A stretch of 32,000 nt of DNA from Bacteroidaceae bacterium (GTDB lineage: Bacteria > Bacillota > Clostridia > Oscillospirales > Oscillospiraceae): positions 20,517 through 52,516 of the forward strand of contig CAVGEC010000004.1 in NCBI GenBank assembly GCA_963628195.1, given 5' to 3'. The position numbers and the translations under genes are program-made. Positions 27,893 to 32,000 of this stretch are shown one piece after another; the stretch's first letter is position 1; each line of letters begins with the position of its first letter. Below the pieces are notes generated by a model. The model was not told where the DNA came from and ran no database searches. It saw nothing but the letters and a program-made list of their open reading frames with translations.

Positions 27893-28674
27893 GCACCGTG
27901 CGGAATATTGAGGAGTATCTGTATACATGGGCGCCCCGCGAGCTGGCGGAAAGCTGGGACAACGTAGGCCTGCTGGTAGGGGATCCGGAGACCGAGGTCA
28001 AGCGTATTCTGGTAGCACTGGATGTAACCTCCTGGGTGGTGGACGAAGCCCTCGAAAAGAACTGTCAGCTGATCGTAGCGCACCACCCGGTGATGAACTG
28101 TGCCTGGCACCAGGTGCAGACGCTTCGTACCGACGACCGGCAGGGAAGGGTGTTGACTTCTCTGATCCGCCACGGTATTGCCGCCATCTGCATGCACACC
28201 AATCTGGATGCGGCAGCGGGCGGCGTTAACGATGTTTTGGCGCAGAAACTGGGCCTTGAAGGGCTGGAAATGCTGACAGAGGAAAAAATTGGCCGCATCG
28301 GCACGCTAAAATGTGAAATACCCCTTGTGGAGTTCACCCATTCTGTGATAGAATTATTAGGATGCAACGGTCTGCGCTATGTGGATGCGGGGCGGCCTGT
28401 TCACCGGGTGGCGGTGGGCGGCGGCGCCTGCGGCGGCTATATCCCACAGGCTGTCGCAGCAGGCTGCGATACCTTTGTGACCTCCGACCTGAAATACAAT
28501 GATTTTCTGGACACGGAGGGGCTGAACCTCATCGACGCAGGGCATTTCCCCACGGAGAATGTGGTGTGCTCTGTGCTGCGGGATCGGCTTGCGGAGGCGT
28601 TTCCTGCAGTCGACGTTTTATGTTCGACCTCGCACAGCCGCGAGATCATCCAATACTGCATAAAGGAGAAGTAA
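27889..28674 (+). CDS. Nif3-like dinuclear metal center protein (YqfO family)
   Basis: 261 aa containing WDNVGLLVGD...VAHHP...HTNLD. ATGA overlap with trmK. Confidence 0.9.
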   Translation: MSTVRNIEEYLYTWAPRELAESWDNVGLLVGDPETEVKRILVALDVTSWVVDEALEKNCQLIVAHHPVMNCAWHQVQTLRTDDRQGRVLTSLIRHGIAAICMHTNLDAAAGGVNDVLAQKLGLEGLEMLTEEKIGRIGTLKCEIPLVEFTHSVIELLGCNGLRYVDAGRPVHRVAVGGGACGGYIPQAVAAGCDTFVTSDLKYNDFLDTEGLNLIDAGHFPTENVVCSVLRDRLAEAFPAVDVLCSTSHSREIIQYCIKEK

Positions 28675-28677
28675 ACC

Positions 28678-29412
28678 ATGTCAGGACATTCCAAGTGGCA
28701 CAATATTCAAAAGACCAAGGGTGCGGCCGATGCCAAGCGCAGCGCCGCGTTCACCAAGATCGCCAAGGAGATCATTGTGGCCGTCAAGCAGGGCGGCAGC
28801 GGCGATCCCAACAATAACTCCCGTCTGGCTACCGTGATCGCCAAGGCCAAGGCTGCCAATATGCCTAACGACAATATCAAACGTACCATCGACAAGGCGC
28901 TGGGCTCCGGCAATACCGATAACTACGAGTCCGTCACCTACGAGGGCTATGGCCCCTGCGGTGTGGCCGTGATCGTGGAGGCGCTGACCGACAACCGCCA
29001 GCGCACCGCGCCGGAGATCCGCCATTACTTTGATAAGTTTGGCAAGGGCATGGGTGCACAGGGCTGCGTCAGCTGGTCCTTCGACCGCAAGGGCGTTGTT
29101 GTCATCGACAATGAGGAAGGCGAGCTGGACGAGGACACTGTGATGATGGACGCGCTGGATGCCGGTGCCGAGGATATGCAGGCCGATGGTCCCGTGTTCG
29201 AGATCACCACTGATCCCGACAGCTTCAACGATGTGGTCAAGGCGCTGGAGGAGAAGGGCTATTCCTTCGAGAGCGCCGAGATCGAGATGGTGCCCCAGAA
29301 CTACATCGTCATGACCAATGAGGACGACGTTCGCAGCATGACCAAGCTCCTGGATATGCTGGATGACAACGAGGACGTGCAGAACGTCTGGCATAACTGG
29401 CAGCAGGATTGA
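28678..29412 (+). CDS. yebC: YebC/PmpR family DNA-binding transcriptional regulator
   Basis: 244 aa beginning MSGHSKWHNIQKTKGAADAKRS. Confidence 0.93.
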   Translation: MSGHSKWHNIQKTKGAADAKRSAAFTKIAKEIIVAVKQGGSGDPNNNSRLATVIAKAKAANMPNDNIKRTIDKALGSGNTDNYESVTYEGYGPCGVAVIVEALTDNRQRTAPEIRHYFDKFGKGMGAQGCVSWSFDRKGVVVIDNEEGELDEDTVMMDALDAGAEDMQADGPVFEITTDPDSFNDVVKALEEKGYSFESAEIEMVPQNYIVMTNEDDVRSMTKLLDMLDDNEDVQNVWHNWQQD

Positions 29413-29555
29413 CGGAACTTTTCCTGCGGAAAAGAAGCTGACTTTCAGTAAAACAGCACATTTTCGGAACTAAAATTTTTGCGGTTGCGAAATACATTGA
29501 TTGCGCTGTGATATACATTCTCCTTTGATTGCGACATACCAAAGGAGGAAATGAC

Positions 29556-30449
29556 ATGAAAATCAGCGCCGCTATCAGAGAATACTTAATTGAGATTGAG
29601 GTTAGGAAATATACCCCAAAGACCATTCGCGGGTATCGGAATAGCCTCAATCTCTTTTTGCGTTTTTGTGAGCAGGAGGCGCACATCCAAGAGGTAGAAG
29701 AAATCAATTTGGCTGTGGTGCGGCAATTCAGCGCGTATATGAACCAAAAGGGGAGAAAAGGCAGCTACATCAACGGCCTCTTGAAAGTGTCGAAGTCGTT
29801 TATCCAGTATTGCTATGATGAGGGCTACGGCGGCTTTAATACCAAGAAGAATTTCAAGTGGTGCAAGCAGGATAAGGCGGTCATTATAGCGTTCAAGCCG
29901 TGTGATGTAAAACAGCTCTTGCAGGAGAGCAGGGGAACAGATTATATCCATGTGCGCGACACGGCCATCCTAACCGCACTGTTTGAAACGGGTATTCGCT
30001 GCTGGGAGCTGTGCTGCATCCAAAAGCAGGACATACACGATGATTATATCATCATCAAAGGAAAGAACCATAAACAGCGTGTCGTGCCTATCACGCCGGT
30101 CTTACAAAAGGCGTTGATAAAATACAATGCTTGCGCGGCGGACTATTTTACGCTGCGGGGGACGGACGATTTCTATTTTCTGTCAAATCACGGGCGGCAG
30201 CTCACAAATTCAGCGGTGGAGAACATCATCAAGCGATATGGACAGGGAATAGAGGGTGTCCGCGTATCGCCGCACACCTGCCGCCATTTCTACGCCCAAC
30301 AGCAGGTGAAAATGGGGACAGACCTCTATACCATCTCCCGCTTGCTGGGACATGAGAACATCCAAATCACGCAGACGTATTTGAACAGCCTGCGGGACGA
30401 GGATATTATCAACAACACGAAACAGCGGAGCGTCCTCATGAGTTTGTAG
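29556..30449 (+). CDS. int: Tyrosine-type site-specific integrase
   Basis: Start at ATG 29556 (AAAGGAGG RBS). N-terminal SAM-like domain and a catalytic region containing HTCRHFYAQQQVKMGTDLYTISRLLGHENIQITQTY. Stop codon is TAG (30447-30449). Confidence 0.9.
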   Translation: MKISAAIREYLIEIEVRKYTPKTIRGYRNSLNLFLRFCEQEAHIQEVEEINLAVVRQFSAYMNQKGRKGSYINGLLKVSKSFIQYCYDEGYGGFNTKKNFKWCKQDKAVIIAFKPCDVKQLLQESRGTDYIHVRDTAILTALFETGIRCWELCCIQKQDIHDDYIIIKGKNHKQRVVPITPVLQKALIKYNACAADYFTLRGTDDFYFLSNHGRQLTNSAVENIIKRYGQGIEGVRVSPHTCRHFYAQQQVKMGTDLYTISRLLGHENIQITQTYLNSLRDEDIINNTKQRSVLMSL

Positions 30450-30521
30450 AAGCCCGTCAGACGGTCATAAACGGCCATACACGGCGTTTGTCCGGCGGCT
30501 GTGTGATTTCCCCTAAAACGC

Positions 30522-30557
30522 AAAAAAAGAGGCAACAGCGCGATTGCTGTTGCCTCT
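30522..30557 (-). terminator. Terminator between the convergent int gene and the GIY-YIG gene
   Basis: Stem AGAGGCAACAGC / GCTGTTGCCTCT, followed by a T7 run on the minus strand. Confidence 0.8.
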
Positions 30558-30558
30558 G

Positions 30559-30990
30559 TCAGTTATCCAGTAGGTCATCTAATGTAATTGTCATGGCGCG
30601 GGGATTTGTATTGAACTCGCGCCAGTTTTCTTCTTTGGGAATTTGGTAATTCAATGGCGGCAGATACCGGCGGATGTATTCACCCTCCTTCTGCCCGATT
30701 TCCTCTGTGATTGCTTTTGGATTTCCGGCGGCTGCCGTATAAAGAATAAAAAAACGTATGCGGTGGCCGTATCGCCGCGCCTCGGACAGCACACGGTATT
30801 TGTGGTTGGATAATAGCTGCATTCCCGCGTAGTGCTGCGCCATGCGGTAAAGGATATTGTGGCTTTTGCCGATATACACGACTTTATCATCCAACAGGAT
30901 AGAATACACGCCAGCGCGTTCAAACTACGGGGATAGCCCCTTACGTTTCAAGGATTGATATATGCGCTGCTCAAAAGTCAAAGGGTTCAT
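30559..30990 (-). CDS. GIY-YIG nuclease-domain protein; frame from ATG 30990 is interrupted by one in-frame TAG (30925-30927); the standard-code ORF is 30559-30909
   Basis: Hand translation gives MNPLTFEQRIYQSLKRKGLSP-TAG-FERAGVYSILLDDKVVYIGKSHNILYRMAQH.... The Gly of the GVY (GIY) motif lies upstream of the track's GTG start, immediately after the TAG. Real stop is TGA. Confidence 0.6.
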
Positions 30991-31180
30991 CTGCCTTATC
31001 CGCTTTACACGGATAGTCATGGGTTGGAAATTCTACCCCGAAATCATAATACAGCAGTCCAAAGAGATTATATGCCGCCACCATCAGCTCCCCATAGCTT
31101 TGCCCCTCTCTGTATATCCAAGCCTAATCCATTATTTCATTTATACACCTTGTCATTTCTTCAGGGCTTAACTTTTTCAT
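30971..31180 (-). CDS. Hypothetical 69-codon gene with one in-frame TAG (31124-31126)
   Basis: AAGGAGA (31187-31193) is followed by ATG 31180 with GGAG 7 nt upstream. Translation is MKKLSPEEMTRCINEIMD-TAG-AWIYREGQSYGELMVAAYNLFGLLYYDFGVEFPTHDYPCKADKADEPFDF, ending at TGA 30971-30973. The 50 codons after the TAG are open and have no start signal of their own. Confidence 0.5.
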
Positions 31181-31191
31181 GTTCATTCTCC

Positions 31192-31662
31192 TTAAAAAAC
31201 AAAATCTTTTGATGCGGGGACAACTTGTTGTCCCTGCACAGTATTTATACTATTTTTATTATTTATAGTATTTATTTCTATATTATCCGCCGGATTTTTT
31301 GGTTTGTCTGTTGGATTATCCTGTCCGTCAGCCGTTTTTGTTTGCGTGTCGGACTGTGGGACTTCATAGAAATCATATTGATTGCCGCCGGTCTGAACGA
31401 GATACCCGCAATTTACTAATTTGCGGAATTGGTCATAGAACGTGGAACGTGGCATTCCCACGTCCCGTTCTAAGGCCAGCGGAGAAAGCGCCAGCAAATA
31501 GTTGTCAGCGTTTGATGCAAGATAGAGATACAGCCGCAGCGCGGTTGCGCCCAGTATGCGGGAGGCGGCCATCCATCTTTCATTCTTGATACCAAGAAAG
31601 TCAGACGAGGCGCGCTCACGATGGACGCGAATTACCCGCTGATTGGGGACTGTCTTAGGCAC
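31192..31662 (-). CDS. Winged-helix/HTH DNA-binding protein of an MGE (replication or regulatory type)
   Basis: 156 aa. GTG start with GGAGG 9 nt upstream. Contains ALRLYLYLASNADNYLLALSPLALERDVGMPRSTFYDQFRKLVNCGYLV. Stop is TAA and the frame has no in-frame TAG. Confidence 0.65.
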   Translation of the reverse strand: MPKTVPNQRVIRVHRERASSDFLGIKNERWMAASRILGATALRLYLYLASNADNYLLALSPLALERDVGMPRSTFYDQFRKLVNCGYLVQTGGNQYDFYEVPQSDTQTKTADGQDNPTDKPKNPADNIEINTINNKNSINTVQGQQVVPASKDFVF

Positions 31663-31668
31663 TTCTTT

Positions 31669-31926
31669 TCACCTCCCCAAGCTACCAATGGCGCGGCGCA
31701 GCTCCTCGATCTGACGCAGGACATCGGTAATATCAACCGTCAAGGATAGGTTGGCGAGAATGTCTGCCACGATTTCCTTTTTCATCTGCTCCATCTCGCG
31801 GCGGTGTTCTTCCTTTGCCCGCAGCTTATTATGAGCAAACTGATAGCTTAAATCAGCCTACATCTTACTATCCATTCCACTTATAAAATAGCGGAAGAAA
31901 TTATCATCATTGTATTTATTGGACAT
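31669..31926 (-). CDS. Hypothetical 85-codon coiled-coil gene with one in-frame TAG (31858-31860)
   Basis: AAGGAGG (31934-31940) lies 7 nt before ATG 31926. Translation is MSNKYNDDNFFRYFISGMDSKM-TAG-ADLSYQFAHNKLRAKEEHRREMEQMKKEIVADILANLSLTVDITDVLRQIEELRRAIGSLGR, ending at TGA 31669-31671, which sits in the RBS of the next gene. Confidence 0.5.
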
Positions 31927-32000
31927 CGTATGTCCTCCTTTATAATTTTTTGAAAAATGACAGTTCTTTGTCTTTTTCTATAAATATTATATAATAATTT

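Larger units (their letters stand above)
29413..32000. mobile_element. Left end of an integrated mobile element or prophage (integrase module plus minus-strand genes); continues beyond the window
   Basis: GC visibly drops right after yebC. Tyrosine integrase lies at the boundary, followed by phage/MGE-type small genes with AAGGAG RBSs. The right end is not in the window. Confidence 0.8.

Noticed and set aside
30955-31419. Plus-strand ORFs 30955-31212, 30962-31171 and 31225-31419 in the mobile element
   Set aside because: They have no RBS and odd composition. The minus strand shows consecutive genes with well-spaced AAGGAG-type RBSs, which explains the region better.

Overview
High-GC Firmicutes (Clostridia, probably an Oscillospiraceae-type spore former) chromosome, mostly housekeeping genes. 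Left to right: a CsoR-controlled heavy-metal P-type ATPase (partial), type III glutamine synthetase, a gltX plus DUF95 membrane protein pair, and a NifU-like plus GGGtGRT pair. Next come a minus-strand operon of three small low-complexity proteins and a separately promoted 21-aa Cys-rich peptide, then a membrane-anchored hypothetical. The conserved dxs-tlyA-nadK-argR-recN cluster follows, then a Tyr T-box plus tyrS, then queA, tgt, yajC. A lower-GC DUF4160/DUF2442 two-gene cassette sits between queA and tgt. The rest is spoIIM, xerD, ruvCAB, sigH, a zinc-ribbon protein, a DUF1858 protein, trmK, nif3 and yebC. At about 29.4 kb GC drops and a mobile element begins, running off the right edge. 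It holds a tyrosine integrase followed by four minus-strand genes. The main finding is that three of those four genes each contain exactly one in-frame TAG inside an otherwise intact frame. Each frame starts at a well-spaced RBS and ATG and ends at TGA; none of the four genes terminates at TAG (three end at TGA, the intact one at TAA). Host genes in the same window (xerD, ruvB) do terminate at TAG. This is the signature of amber stop-codon recoding in a phage or mobile element, although nonsense decay cannot be excluded from sequence alone. Secondary observations are operator and promoter architectures, an RBS buried in a terminator stem, a possibly leaderless sigH, and clustered short repeats. 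All calls rest on hand translation and motif recognition; no searches were run.
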